Assembly (NCBI GenBank): GCA_000320545.1
Contig: ADNK01001342.1
Location: 1-41,068, forward strand
Direction: 5' to 3'
DNA from: Bigelowiella natans CCMP2755
Lineage: Eukaryota > Protista > Cercozoa
Length of the DNA stretch: 41,068 nucleotides
The position numbers and the translations under genes are program-made. Below the pieces are notes generated by a model. It did no database searches. It worked only from the letters and a program-made list of their open reading frames with translations, and had not been told where the DNA came from. This document shows, in pieces, positions 1 to 13,979 of this stretch. The stretch's first letter is position 1. Each line of letters starts with the position of its first letter.

Positions 1-49
1 TCTCCTCCTCCCTCCCCTACCCCCCCCCTCCCCTCCACTACGTACCTAC

Positions 50-50
<1 letters not shown>

Positions 51-89
<39 letters not shown>
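51..89. repeat. (CA)n microsatellite in GH3 intron
   Basis: Direct inspection. Confidence 0.95.
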
Positions 90-93
<4 letters not shown>

Positions 94-110
94 GACAAAT
101 GTATCCATAC

Positions 111-1119
111 CTAGGTATGGGGTGACGATGTTCTTCGGATCGGCCTTCACAATTGCGCTGCCCCCACCCACTATCAGAGGCTCTGGAAAGAGAAAGTAAT
201 GCAACAATGGTTGAGGCGGGTTCGAGGAGGAGGTGCATGCAACCGACACCGATCATCTCGAATCATAATGCAAGATGCTGCTGAACGGCTGCTTTATACA
301 GGTTATGACGAATCAAAACAACGTGTGAGGCTCGTATCACTCACTCGAATGTGCACACCGACCAACGACGGCAATTGTCGGCTTTTTGCCGTGGTCTTCA
401 AGTGTCTTTCGCTCCCCTTCGTGGACTCTTTTTGGCAAAGGCAAGGCCTGTTTGTCGTTCTTGAGAAGTATGGTTGAGTCTGCAGCCATTCTTCGTGCCA
501 GGTCAACGTGCTCGGGGCGAGTGACATTTCGGTTGATCTTATCTGGGTTGTTGAACACGTCGAAGGCTGTCTTGCCGTCCTTAGAGTCCGCCATCACACC
601 CACCTTGAACCTGTAGTTGTACGCACTAATTCAATGGAACTTCATTGGTACTACATGTTTATATATATTTAAGATATTTAATATGTATGTGCGTAGTGTG
701 TTATCGTAAAAAAAGAGTCGCTCACATCTGCGTGAGAATTCGAAGCACAGACCGCTCGATCTGATGAGAGATTATGGGGGCGAAGTATAAGATCGCGATA
801 TAAGAGCAACGACGACGACGACGACGACATTTCGCTCCTTTTCTCTCATACATTTTGCTCTTACCATTTTTCCGCTGATAGCATCAGTTTTGTTGAGTTT
901 GCTGGTTGATGTGAAAGCACGAGCGTTATCATCATGATCATCATCATCATCGGCATGCTGCTCGAGAACAGCCACCCTCTTCCTCAAAGGGGCGCCGAAG
1001 AAGTCTCCGTCCGGCATCTCTTGGTCAAGACCCTGCGACAAACAGTAGATATGAAGCATGATGTGATTATGGATTTAGATGAGGAGTAGGAGGGAAGGAT
1101 GAGGGGAGGAAGGGAGAGG

Positions 1120-1164
<45 letters not shown>

Positions 1165-1308
1165 TCTGAATGGCTTCCACCGTGTGCGTAGCGATCCAGT
1201 CTGACATCACCTGGAGTAGATAGGAGGAGCAATTCAAGAGAACAATATTAGATGCGTTCACAACGACACACACAAACACAGACGCACACACAAACACAGA
1301 CGCACACA

Positions 1309-1384
<76 letters not shown>

Positions 1385-1875
1385 AATGTTCTTTTTCTGT
1401 GAAGAAGTACCCATCCATCAAACCCAAGTTGCTCTCGTAAGTCACTGAAAGCAGCAGCAACCGTATTATGCAAAGCAGCATGCACGTCGTTAGCAAAGGG
1501 AAGGGAAGGAAGGCGACTGTTTACTTACGGTGCAAGAATAGTGTGAGTGAGGACCTGCGAGTGCGCTCTCTAGCTACTATGACGTGTTTACATACCTTCT
1601 TAACGTTTGGTTGTTTTCACAGGCATAGAAACCGTTGATTTTATTGTAGCCGCACATCACGCTTGCGACCTTTGTTTTTATCGATTGGCAGACATCGCAT
1701 AAGCAACAAGCAAACATGGCAAAAAGCGTTGGTTGGTTGGTTGGTTAGTGTCATTGTAGCAGAGTGTGTCTTCTGCCAATTTTTCGTTGGTTGATGGGTA
1801 GGGCGTCCATGAGTCGCAGTATATGTTGGTCAAGATGAAACGTGGTTTCGTATATATGCATTGCTGTGTGCCGTT

Positions 1876-1910
<35 letters not shown>

Positions 1911-2522
1911 GTGCTATTGCTTCGGCGCACCCCAGCTTGAATGGCGCCCAGGAATGGAGGATAGTACATCTCAAAACGTGTGCGTTCCGATACGACCGCG
2001 TTCACTGAAATGACCATGATATCAGTAAACAATGGATGATATCCGCTTTCGTTGCTGAGGAGTTGCGAGTGTGTTTGTGTGTGTTTGTGTTTCTCTTCGT
2101 GGCATGAGCATGTGTCTAGATGTAGAGAACAAGAGGCCATCAGGACCGTAGCCTTAAAAATTCATTGTAATCCTGCTTTTAGGGAGGCTGAGACCCGCCC
2201 GTGTTATTAAGTTCCGAGTCAGAAGTAATATTTGAGTTTCTTATAATGATGTCAAGTAAGGTTCCTTGTTTTTATTACTGTCAAAGCGATCCGTTTCTTG
2301 GTTGTTGTTCACCCAATGCTTCACGGTTGCGAGCACGCCTTTCCAGCGTTGTAGAGAAAGACAGAGGGACAAATAAAAGGGGAAAGAACGGTACCAACAA
2401 CTGTGAGATTCTCTATAACGTTTACTGTTATTCCCATCATCATCATCATCGTCGTGAGTGTCATGGCGTGGCTTCCGAATCGTTGTGAATTCTCCTTCTT
2501 TATTGTTTTCAGAACGCTACAG

Positions 2523-2562
<40 letters not shown>

Positions 2563-3163
2563 ACTACGATAACGACGACGACGAATACGAGTTTTTCCCT
2601 CCTACCTTTGCTCTGGATCCCTTTGATGAGCGGAGCGGCAAGTTTGAATCCTGCGAGGGGGGCAGAATGAACGACAACGTACACGGAAAGGAGAGGTAGA
2701 AACACTGCAATAATATGAAACTTCCGTCCCCCCCCCCTCCCCCCCCCCCGCCTCTGCGCGACATACCTAAGTAGGGGTCCTCTCCCGAGATGTACTCAAA
2801 GTTACGGCCATTGTAAGGCACACGTGCCACGTTCACTCCTGGCCCGAGAAGTACATTGGCTCCTACATATTGAGGTACGGGGGCGACGATGATGATAGGG
2901 TGAATATAATACGTCTCTTACCAGCCTAGCCCCGATTCAATGATGCAACACCATCGATCGTCTCTACTATTACCTTTGTCGCGAAACTCGGTGCCTATCG
3001 CCTTGCCAAGGCTCTCCACTGCCTTTGGGTTCCAGGTGGCGGCTGCAGCTAATGAGCAAGGGAAGGCCGTGCTGCGGAAGGGAAAATGTCAGAGCGTTGC
3101 AACCAAAATCATGCACGCGCGCGAGCGCGCACACACACTCTCACACACACAGAGAGACAGAAA

Positions 3164-3223
<60 letters not shown>

Positions 3224-3389
3224 GAGGAGGGGGCAAGGATCATTATCATGTGGGAAAACTTACGTTGTTCCCGGGTTCTTCTCGTCCCGGAATCCTTGTG
3301 ACCCATCGTTGAGGTGGAGTGGCGGAATCCCTAAGTCCACGTTTCCAAGGGTATTTCCAACATATGCCCCTTCCACTCCTGTGCCATAC

Positions 3390-3426
<37 letters not shown>

Positions 3427-3877
3427 AACACACAAAGACACACACACTCAATACACCATGGATGTGGTAGACATCCCGCGAAGAAATATGTTTTCTCTGT
3501 GTGTCAAGCCCGGCTATTCCCCTCCCTACACAAAGTCGAATTCGTATGTGTTGAAGAAGAACACTTGCTGAATACCGTGTAATAGATCGAGCCGATCATC
3601 GAGATCCATCTTCTGCATCAAGGACTGTGCCATTGCAGTCGCCGTCTGGATCTCCATATTATTCTGCATCTTTACCTGCGAGCAGGCAAAATCCATTCAA
3701 GGTAAGACCAAAAGGTTATAAAAATAAAAGGAAATTAGGCATCAGGTTGACCTGGGGGCGAGCTTCGAGGGCACTTCTTGCTCTCCACACCTCCCCCAAA
3801 TGGGCCAGAGAAAGCGACGCGGGAACTAGCATTGACATGACAGCTACATGCACCAAGAAAGGTCCGTTATCAACCAT
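111..3877 (-). CDS. Glycoside hydrolase family 3 beta-glucosidase, multi-exon (>=12 exons), 3' part continues beyond window start
   Basis: Spliced minus-strand exons give GH3 motifs in the correct order: YVGNTLGNVDLGIPPLHLNDGSQGFR (~3290-3375), TAFPCSLAAAATWNP, GPGVNVARVPYNGRNFEYISGEDPYLG (~2770-2860), VKHWVNNNQETDR (~2290-2325), RTRFEMYYPPF, VMCGYNKING, VMSDW (nucleophile Asp, ~1200), GLDQEMP, STILLKN, VGGGSAIV. Start ATG 3877 with a hydrophobic N-terminus is tentative. Confidence 0.93.
1265..1385. repeat. Compound (CA)n/(TA)n microsatellite in GH3 intron
   Basis: Direct inspection: cacaca...catatatata... Confidence 0.95.
3130..3225. repeat. (GA)n microsatellite in GH3 intron
   Basis: Direct inspection. 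Confidence 0.95.
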
Positions 3878-4412
3878 CTTGCCACTCCCTATGCGCGTGC
3901 TCTCTCGAATATTATAAGTTATGGGGATGAGCAAGGCGGTGCGGTAACGTCGAACGAAAATTCAGTCCGAAAAGCGCATCTTGTAAAGGCGATTAAGTCT
4001 CTGCGACAAGAAGGTTTATCACAGATATTATAAAGAATCAGCTGGGCCATTTGTCATCACGATAATACCAAGGGACGTATCATTATCCGGTTGTCAGAAT
4101 TGAGTAGAAAGTCAAAATGATATATAGATCGCCAAAACATCCAAAATAAATGGTCTAATACTGCTGCATCCCTATGCCGCAGTTTGGCACAAACAACTCG
4201 GGCTATGCTCACGATGAGGTCATTGCCGTTTAAGTAAGCACTAAATAATTACCCAGAATGCAGCTCCAAAATCAGTCAAATCTCCTGTATTTACATTCTG
4301 CGACATCAAAATGTACGTATTATCGCTAGATCGAGATAATATTACGCACAGCTATTTCCACACATTCTCCCACGTGCGAACACATGCCTGCATAGGAGCG
4401 CTCATCGGAACA

Positions 4413-5150
4413 ATGTCCCTTCCACCCCCTCCCACCCCGGCTGTTCCTGTTTATCCCACACCTGAAGCAGCAGCAGCATCAGGGAAAAAATCAGAAGTAA
4501 TTGCGAATAAGCCTGAGACTACATCGGTGCCGTCCAGTGTGGAAGGGCGAGAAGATAAGGTTGTCAGGGAGGCAAAATCCAACGACAGCAACGCAAGTGC
4601 GAGTCTTGATACAGGAGAGAGAGGCCAACATGCGCTTAATAAAAAAAGAAAGAGGAAGGAAGGAGAGAAATCCCTAGAATCTCTTTCAGTCTGGCTGAAT
4701 AACGCCATAGCAGCTTCGGAAAGAAAGGTTAGGACCAGGTTGGACGCCATGCAGAGGGACGTCGACTCGAGGATAGAAGATATAAGGCGAAAAATGCAAC
4801 GCTCTGCAGCAGGGCTAACAGCTACGGAGCACGCCTTCCGCAACGTCGTTAGCGAGATCGAAAAAGTACTGAGTGAAGTGTTTTTGGCTCGATGCTGCTT
4901 GTTCGCACTGCACAGGCGTCTTGCATTCGTGCGTGGAGGGAGGAATAATCTTCATTTTTTTCAAACAGAATCTCGCGGTATATCTGAAATGTTGATACAT
5001 TGTTAAAATTTATAGGACTACTCCCAAAGGTTGCCGCAGTTCCTCGCTTGCGTGGAAAGAATTATTGAAGACAAGCAGAAGCAACAGCCTTCGCTTTCAG
5101 CAGCTCATGCCACACGCCCGATATCAAAAGAACAACATCTAAGGACCTAG
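4413..5150 (+). CDS. Hypothetical ~200-aa protein with basic patch (KKRKRK) and predicted coiled coil; two exons
   Basis: ORF MSLPPPP...VSEIEK, then a phase-0 intron (gtactg ~4867 to tatag ~5015), then DYSQRLPQFLACVERIIEDK...HLRT* (TAG 5148-5150). Divergent from the GH3 gene. No family recognised. Confidence 0.55.
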
Positions 5151-6393
5151 CAGCTGCTTGCTACATCTAGCATCGTCCGCTACTAATAAAGTTTATATGA
5201 ATCTGTGTTGTAAACCATGAATATGATGAAGCTAGATTATTAAAAAATGAATAGTAAAGAAAACAAAAAACACACATTTGTCAACACATATGCCCGCTTG
5301 TATTAGACCGTACGCACGTACGTACACGTACCGCATCGCAATAACTGTACCATGCGTACTACTCTAGCTCTACGCATGTATAGCAACGCCTCGTTCAATC
5401 TTGTTCATTGCAAGAAGTAGCGCGATCTGTTGATCGAGTTTAACATGTCGATCGATCATGCATCTTGCGCTCTTAAATGTGCTGTACTTGCGCGTATACC
5501 CACAACGCACGCGTTCATGCACCTGCGCCACAACACATGAGAGTCATGTGTCTCAATGTAGACTTTGTGCGCATGTCGTTTCGTGGCGCTTCATTTTCAA
5601 GTTCGATCCGATTCACCAGAGTCCAAATGATGAATTTAACAATTTTGCTTTGGTTGCGATTTATTTAAGCATCAACTCTAAAGTGTCGGATTCCATTCTA
5701 TTCAACACTGTAGGAACGCATGCGAGCACGTGAAAACATGTTGCCTTGCGTTCTCACGGAGCACGCATTGCAAACATGGACACGCTCTACTTGAAACCCG
5801 CGCCTCTCAAGATGCAGTAAAAGTGATCCGCTCGGAACATTCATCAGTTCGAACGAGGGTCCTTGAAAACATTCTGCACGATACTGCTCGCATTAGATCT
5901 GATGTAGCTTAGAGCGTGCTGCTGTGCTGCAGAGCCGTCGGGTCTTTGAGAGTTTCGTGGAGGCAATACTCCATATGGCGAGGATGACGAAGATTCTGTT
6001 AACGGCTCCTCACTAACACATTATTGTTTGAGTCAGGGCGACACACACACGATGGTACACACACGCTGATGCAACCAATTTCCACGGAGAATAATACAAT
6101 AACGAAGCTATCATAGCTAGTTCTACTCCTACGCCACCTGGCTTCCTGGGATCCTCGAGTCTGAAACCAGCCAACGTACCGAATGCCCACCAACAAAATT
6201 AATTAACGATTCAGAACTTGTGCGTACATGCACGCACACACACTCACAAACGGACAAAAAAGAGAAAAAGAGGGAGGGGGAGAGATTTTGCCCGAAACCT
6301 GCTGTATCTGCATGCTCCTCACCGAATGCGACAAATACGAGTTCGTATTTGTTGCCGCATCGACCATTCCAACTGTTAGATTTTATAGTAGAT

Positions 6394-9292
6394 TTAGTTG
6401 CGAGAATATATGCATGGTGTCGAGCCAACTAGGTGCCATTCAGTACGTAGAAATAAGCAAATGATTATTGCAACATATTTACCAGTATCGTCATATAGCC
6501 AATCCCCAGAGGAGCGATTATCCTCGCCCCGCTTGAATGCGGATGGGGGTCGGGAACCAATGTTAAACCCAGCGGATTCCTGAAGATTCCGCCTCATGTA
6601 TGCATTTTCTGTGTTGTCGTTATTGAGGGCAGCTTCATGCTTTGAGTCGTTTGCCTCGTCAGCTGCGCCCGTCGTCCTATTTGCTGCTACAGCAGCATAT
6701 TTAGCAATGTTGTCGCTGCTGATGCTGCCATTTCCCTTTAGAGCGCTCGAGCTCGACAGCAGCTCCCCTTGCTTATCACGGATGGCGTCTCCACGATGAT
6801 CGCGGAGTAACGTGCTGAAGGTCTTCTTAAATTCCTGATGTGGTTAGGGACGGCATTATCATTGGAGCTGTGGATCGGGGAAAACCAGGCACCATGCATG
6901 CCCTTCAAATACCTTGAAGTTGATGTCACCGGAAGTATCAAGGTCCATTTGCTTCCATAGGCTTTTCGCCAGCGCGACCGGAAATAACGCCTCCGAAATG
7001 CCTGCGAAACAGGCCCATCATGCACGGGAAATTATGTGTGTGCGTGCGTGTTTGCCTTTCAGTTGGTACAAACGACGATGGATGCTGTGGCGATGTGCGG
7101 TTTTGGAGCTACTAAAATGCTGCGCCACGAGACAACATTTTTGCCTTTGAAAAATTGGCGTCGTCGATTGTAAGACGAAAAGTGTTTTCGAGCTTATGGT
7201 ACCACTGGCGCGTAATCCCCTGCAGAATTCCCCAAAAGTCATGACATTGTTGTTGTCCTTGTCCATCACCTACAGAAACAGCATGCAATCACGCAAGGGG
7301 AAGAAAATATTGGAAGAATCTCTGTGCACATGTGTGCAAAGATTATTCTGCGTGATCATGATCCCCCCCCCTCCCTTGTTGTGCTGCAGCAAGTTTGTAC
7401 CCGCCAGGCCGCGATCAACGTGCTCCATCGTTCCATGACCTACGAATATTCAGTCAATGTTACTAAAGCCGGGATAGCAATTGATTCATATTGTTTTTCG
7501 ATGCACGACTATATCTGATGAGATGAGGGCACAAAATAAGGGACTTGCTTTCACTTTATGCCTATATTCGCTAACTACTTGAATGAGGAAAATTAGAAGT
7601 TTAAGGTTTAAATATTCTCACAAATTTGAATTGTTCTCCTCAAGTCTCCCCTCTCCCCGCCCCCGCACCCCTACTATGACTACCATCGTTTTGATTTCCT
7701 TGGTGAGGGACGGCTCGTCCAATTCAGGGCCAACGGAGATATGGGCTGATTCTGGTTTTCCAGCAGTCTTCTTCTGCTCCTCGTGCTTTGCCTCCTGAAT
7801 CCGATAGGGAGAGAGAAGGGTGGTTAGATATCGAGTGTGCAGTAGCACAACCTGCTCCCTATCAGGCATGCATATGCTGGAATGGTCGCAAAGCGATGTG
7901 ACAGACATTGGAGAACGGTCGTGATAATCCCCATCCCGGAGCTGATTGAGCCAAAAGATGCTCCTTACCATCGCCAGCATCACCCTGCCACCGTTGGACA
8001 AGAAAGTAAGAAAGAAAAGCCTCAAGTAACTAGACAGTACGTGCTGGCATTGGCTGCTATCATGTCAAGGAAACACGCCTTTTCAAGGTAAACATAAGTG
8101 CCTCTAATTTCATATCAAGCTGGACCCTGCCGCAAAAAATGTGAGAATAGCATATGAAAGACACCAATTTTCTCCATACTTTTACTGCTGCTGCCGCTGC
8201 TGTTACTACTACCTGTGGAGGAATACTGCTGCTCTCCGCCTGGTTTGGCGCCTTCCGAGGATGGTAGTGACGACGATGACGAACCCCAATGATGCGGGCA
8301 AACGCTACTTTAAACTCCTGTGGACATGTACTACGATAAGCCGACTTATGCGGGGGGAAACCGAAAAAAAGACGCGTGCTGTGCGATAGATTATTTAAAA
8401 CGACGGCAGCACCTACCTTGAAGGAGATATATCCTGAGCGGTCCGAATCCATTCTCCTCCACATCGAAAGCGATATGCTGTCAGGGACCTCCTCACGCGA
8501 TAAACCTTCGAGACGGGAGACGAGGCGAAAGCGGCAGGGCAGGATGAGGATGCGGAAGGAGGCAAATCCGTGTACACACAAAAGAACACACACACACACA
8601 CACACACGTACGCAAAACAACTTGTTTTGGGGGAAAATTGAGCTTTAGCATACCGCTCTGAATCAAGCCACGTCGAAATTCTTTGAGGGTCATTCGGTTA
8701 TCGTTGTCGTTATCCATCACCTGAGAAATTTGGAGCTCATCTTTACAATCATGCAGATATAAAATGAATGAATAGGTCAATACGATTATAGCATATAGGA
8801 CACTTAAGCACATGTACAATATTCTTCTCTTCGCTTCTTTGGGCATAGTGGTGAACAGCAACTTTCCTTTGGAAGGGTGCTGCAAAGCAAGTGTTGCGCG
8901 CACGCAGATGACAATAAAAGTCCACACTATCATTACCCTCCATGCCGCGATGAGCGTGTCCCATCTTGCCATAACCTGAATGTGTAACATTCGTGATTTC
9001 CCCCCTCTTTTCTCCACCCCCCCACCCCTCCCCCTCTCTATCTCGCCCCCCGCGCCTTTGTCTTTTGTTCTCTTCTGTGTGGTAAACGCACCTTCTCTCT
9101 CACGTCTTCAGGGATGCCTCTTGCTGCATGCAGCGGGTCCGAAATCGCAAACTCATCAAATTCCTACGCAATCACCATCATACATGTCAAAAGATAAAAT
9201 ACCCCGGAAATACCTTTCGAAAACTACATGTATATTAAGTTTCCTTGTTGCTGTTTCAACAACTGAAACACCACTACTACTAGTGCTGCAGA

Positions 9293-9326
<34 letters not shown>

Positions 9327-12300
9327 GCGCTCTGCTCAAGACCTTCCTCTCCTCAGTCGATATGGGTGATTTATCTCCTCCAGAAAGGGGTTGTTTGGCT
9401 GCTCGTTGGTTCGAACAACTTTTTGCTTCAGATCGTGTCGTTGTCGTCGCCTTTTGTGTGGCAGTTGCTGTAGCAGTGGCGACCGCCACAGGTCGAGTGG
9501 TGCTGGCCCACTTCGATAAAGAAGTCTTTAACTCCTTAAAACTGACAGTGCCGGAGTCATCCAGGTCCGCTCTTTGGAATACCTCGCGGGAGATCTTGGC
9601 GTCCATGCTTACTCCGCTCTGCTTCATGCCCCAAGCAAATTCCTCTTCCGTAAGTCGGCCGTCGTTGTTCTTGTCCAACGTCTGAAATTTAAATATCTGT
9701 GTATGTCTGTGTTTGATTTATGTATTGATCAATACATAGACATAGCTATTTGCAATTAGTTCAGCGGTGTGGACGCAAACTACAACGACGGCGATGAAGA
9801 TACATAATCTCCCTTTATTAAAGTAAAGCGGGACATTCATAACATTCTCATTTCCCTTCACTCTAAAGACAGAAGAGGCAGACAAAAACTGATTTCTCAC
9901 CCTCCACACAGTGATGAATGTGCTCCATTTCTCTAAAAGCTTAGACGGGAGATCGTCTGTGTCCTTGCTGCCAGCTCTTTGCATCTTCTTATCCCCATGT
10001 TCTCCCTCTCCTTGCTTCTGCCGAAAAGTCGCTTTATCTTTAGATGATTCCCCCTTTTCCGAAGGATCTGCCATGGAAGCAAACCACCTGCTCCCACAGA
10101 AGGAAGAATCATCGACGATGCATCAGAACAACGGAGAAAAGAGACCGCAAGAATATAATGAATGCCAGAAAATAGCAAAAAAAACAGAAGGGGGGACAAA
10201 AAATAGTGACAGTTCTTGTCCTGCTCAAGCGTGGCGCGGAAATCGTTTCTTTCTTCGTTGTTTTCGACATAGCAACTTTAATATTTATAATAGCCAATGC
10301 GCGACGCTCTTCTCCACTCACCACATGAAATCTGGGGAGCTGACACGATCCATCCCCAGGGCCTTCAGATCTTGGAAGAGTTGCTGCGAAGGAGAGGAGA
10401 TCAGCCTCATCAGCCTTTTATCCGCTGTGAAAGCTTGCTTCAGATCCTGCACCAGGACTCTGAAACCGTCGTCTTGCGGCAGGCCGTCAAGCACATCGTG
10501 AACCAAAACCGCTTCTTCGCACGTCAGTCGGAGCAGTACTCCTGGCTCTCCACTCTTCCCCTTACTCTCGCCCCGCCCTTGATATTTCTCGCAGAAGAGC
10601 GACATAAGCGGGTCAAACTTGACCCTCACGGGCGATGATGCTGCCGCCGCTGCTGCAGATGCGGCCGAAATCCCCTGAGCCTGTGACCCCTGCCACCTCT
10701 CTTTCTGGGCGGCCAATGCAGCCGACGTGAGGCAGAGCTGCAGGTTGGTCGCCCAGTTGCCCAGGAGAAGGCATGGCCACGACTGGAGTGACTTCATCTC
10801 TGACACGTTCTTCGCTACGTCCTCGAGGCTCGCAATGGTTCCGCCTGCCGCTGCCTTTTCAAAGGCCGCCTTCAGAGCCTGCCGGACACGGGGGGGGAGC
10901 AGCGAACGCTTCTTTCGGAACTCGGCGTGGTGTGGTGGATTCTAGAAGGTTACTGTTGTTATTATCAGTATCATTGGCCCCGTCGCCCTTCCCTGGATCG
11001 GCACCGCCGTGTCTGCCGCCTGTGCCAAACGTAACGACTGGGGAGCGGGGAGGCAGTTCCAACGGGAACGATCCACCCTTCCCCGCCTTAGCTGGAAGTT
11101 TTGGCTTTGTAGGCGATTTCTTCGCCTGCAAACCCAGCGGCTGCTGTCGATCCCTTTGCCCACCACCACCGCTTGTATCGTACTCTCTGGAGGTCCAATA
11201 GTTCCTTCCCCGGTCGACCTGCTCACAACCACTTGAAATGAAAATCTCGCACAAGTCTCATAATCTCTACTTTCCTTCTCTCTCTCTCTCTCCCTCTCTC
11301 TGTGTCTACCAGACAAGCAGACGGTACGAAATCAGTTACCTTTGTGGACGCCATGAAGTTATTTATCACCGGTTTTGTTGGTGGTTCTGACGGAGATATC
11401 TGACCAAGCATGCCCTTCTTTCGAATTCCCTTTGGCGCGTTTCTCGACGATCTTAGGAGCCGAATTCCTGCTTTCCCTTCCCCCCTTCCTCCTCCTCCCG
11501 TTCTTCTTCCAGCAGTGGATTTATGCTTTGAAGGCGTTGCAAGGTGCTCTATGCGACCCTTGTTCGCACGTCGTTGTTGCCTTTTATTCGCACCACCACG
11601 CCCTCCTCCCTTGTGCATCTGCCGTTGCATCTTCTCCGCTTTCGCTTCAAGACGCGCCTGTCAGACAACAACGGAAAGCGAAGGCGGGATTGAGCGAGAA
11701 CTTGCAAGATGCGCGGGAGCTATCGTATGAAATACTTCCAGTGTATGTGCGTGTATGTGTGCTGTTATTTTTATTACTATAAATACCATTCGAGCAATTT
11801 GCAAGACCGCCGTTTCCTGTGAGATTCTGTGGCACGATTGTAGGGAGGGGGTGCAAAACATGCACATTCTAGATTAGCTGGCAACGGATGATATTGATAG
11901 TTATGATGATGATGATGACATGATACTTGTACCGAGATGGTGTGGGTCGTGTGTTACAGAACAAAATCCATCTATGTTTTGGCCGTGAATATTGAGCCAA
12001 ATCAACCGTTATTTTCACACGTTCTAACTCGATATTTAATGGTTAGTTTTTAAGGTGGCAGTACTTCAGCTGTTTCTTCGGACGCCTTGGCATCTTCTCC
12101 CATTCCGGCTGAGCAACCAGACAGCATTAACACACACACAAACACACACACACACACACACAAACACACACGCACACACGCATGTTCACATAATTCAAAT
12201 ATAATTGTTGCTGAAATAGCAAAGTGAAGCTTTCGAATGCGTGACTGCAAAAAAAAATCGGCAGTAACCTTTTCTTCCTTCCAGTCATCGGTATCAAACC

Positions 12301-13171
12301 GGCTAAGGGCAACACATTTATGATAGGGCAAGCCGTCGTTAACAAAGAAGGCGTGTGTGTTTGTGTGTGTGTGTGCGTGTGTGCGAGGATTTGCGGAGGT
12401 TCCGCCGCTTACTCGGGTCGTATCCCAAAGGGCCTGTGAGGGATGTCGTAGGACTGGCTTAGCTGCTTTAAACGAAGCTCGAGCTCCTGTCGATATTAAC
12501 ACGAAGATGAAGATGTGGGCAGTAAATGTATTTTGGAAGAGATATTCTGTGGAGAGAGCGCAAGCGTCGGCATTCGAAAACATCGAGTTCTCAGAAGCAT
12601 GCTTTTATTATCATACCGATGAAGAGCTGAAAAGACCCAGAGTAGAGCTATCATCCCGATTTCTGCTTCCAGGTTCTTTATCTACCTTATGCTAAGTTGA
12701 ACGTAGCGGGGGAGGGAGGGAGGTGGCCATGCGATAGGATTTAAGATTAGAGAGCATTTATATAAATATAATAAATTCGCGCGCGCGTGTGTGTATTATA
12801 TCATCATTTTTTAATTCAGAATTTGCCCAGCTAACTACGGTAGCAGTAGCAGTAGCAGTAGCTGTATCTACTGCTGCTGCCACTGCTAGAATCATCGACA
12901 AATTCTGTGATACGGCACCAGCAGTGTTGCAAAGCAAAAAATGAATGCTGTTTTAGTGACTAAGTTCAAAGAATTGAGATGGGATTTTAAATAAAATTCT
13001 ACATTGTATTACCGCAACTCTCGTCTCAGCTTCCTTCGCGTTCGCAACGACGACCTTAAATGGAAAAATGAGTTAATAAGTCAACACCATGGATTCTTTC
13101 ATCGCATTTCCGTCGCGTCTTAAAATGATGCTCGACCAACGATTAACTACTACTGCTACTATAACCACCCA

Positions 13172-13204
<33 letters not shown>

Positions 13205-13934
13205 AACTACCTCAGGCAAGCTCTCAATAGGATACGCATTCTTTATCCGTTTCAGCTCAGTGAAAATGTCGGAGAGGCTTCCTCCATACTGCTTTGGGCG
13301 ACGTGCACCTTTGTGCCTGCTACTGCCCTTGCGCGCGCTCTTTTTCTTTTTCCTCGATTTCTTTGCTTTGATACCGGATGTCTCCCCCATTTCGTTTGCA
13401 CGAGATTTCTGTATGAGGTGTCGTACTCTCTGCATCAAATCCTCTGCCTTTTTCTCCTCGTCGCTGTCTCCATTTGCTGCCACTCCGATGTTGGATGTTT
13501 TTTCCTTCGGATGTTCTTTGTTCCGTGTTTCCTTGGGGGCTTTTCGTGAGCCTGTCTCATATTTCGCAACAGCCTTCTTAGAAACCTTCTTATTCTGATT
13601 TCCTTCGTCCATGGGAACAACCGCTGCACCGCTATCTTTATGTGGGTGCATTATGGGTAAGTTTGGCTGTGAATAAGAATCATCCGATGGATTTATCGCC
13701 GGGTGTTTTTCTTCCGTTTTGATCTCAGGGAGAGCTTCAATAACCGCTTTAGCATCCGCTTTATCACAAGATGTGGGTTCCTGTTGATCTAAATTCCTAC
13801 CTACACCTCCTATCTGGCCACTGCCCTCATTATTACTTTGTTCTGGAGGAAATAGACCGTACGCCACGTTCGTTGGCTCCGGATTTCGCTGCAAATATTT
13901 CAGATTACATGCAGGCAGGAAGACAATGTATATT

Positions 13935-13979
<45 letters not shown>

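Noticed and set aside
5730-6464. Possible plus-strand gene (RRVFESFVEAILHMARM; ETCCICMLL...)
   Set aside because: Fragments could not be spliced into a consistent frame, so it cannot be supported without RNA data.
8721-8936. Apparent transmembrane helices in ORF 8493-9017 (VMIVWTFIVICV..., LSVLYAIIVLTYSFIL)
   Set aside because: The segment is a GT-AG intron (gtaatg...ctcag) at the same position as in the other EF modules, so the protein is not an EF-hand channel.
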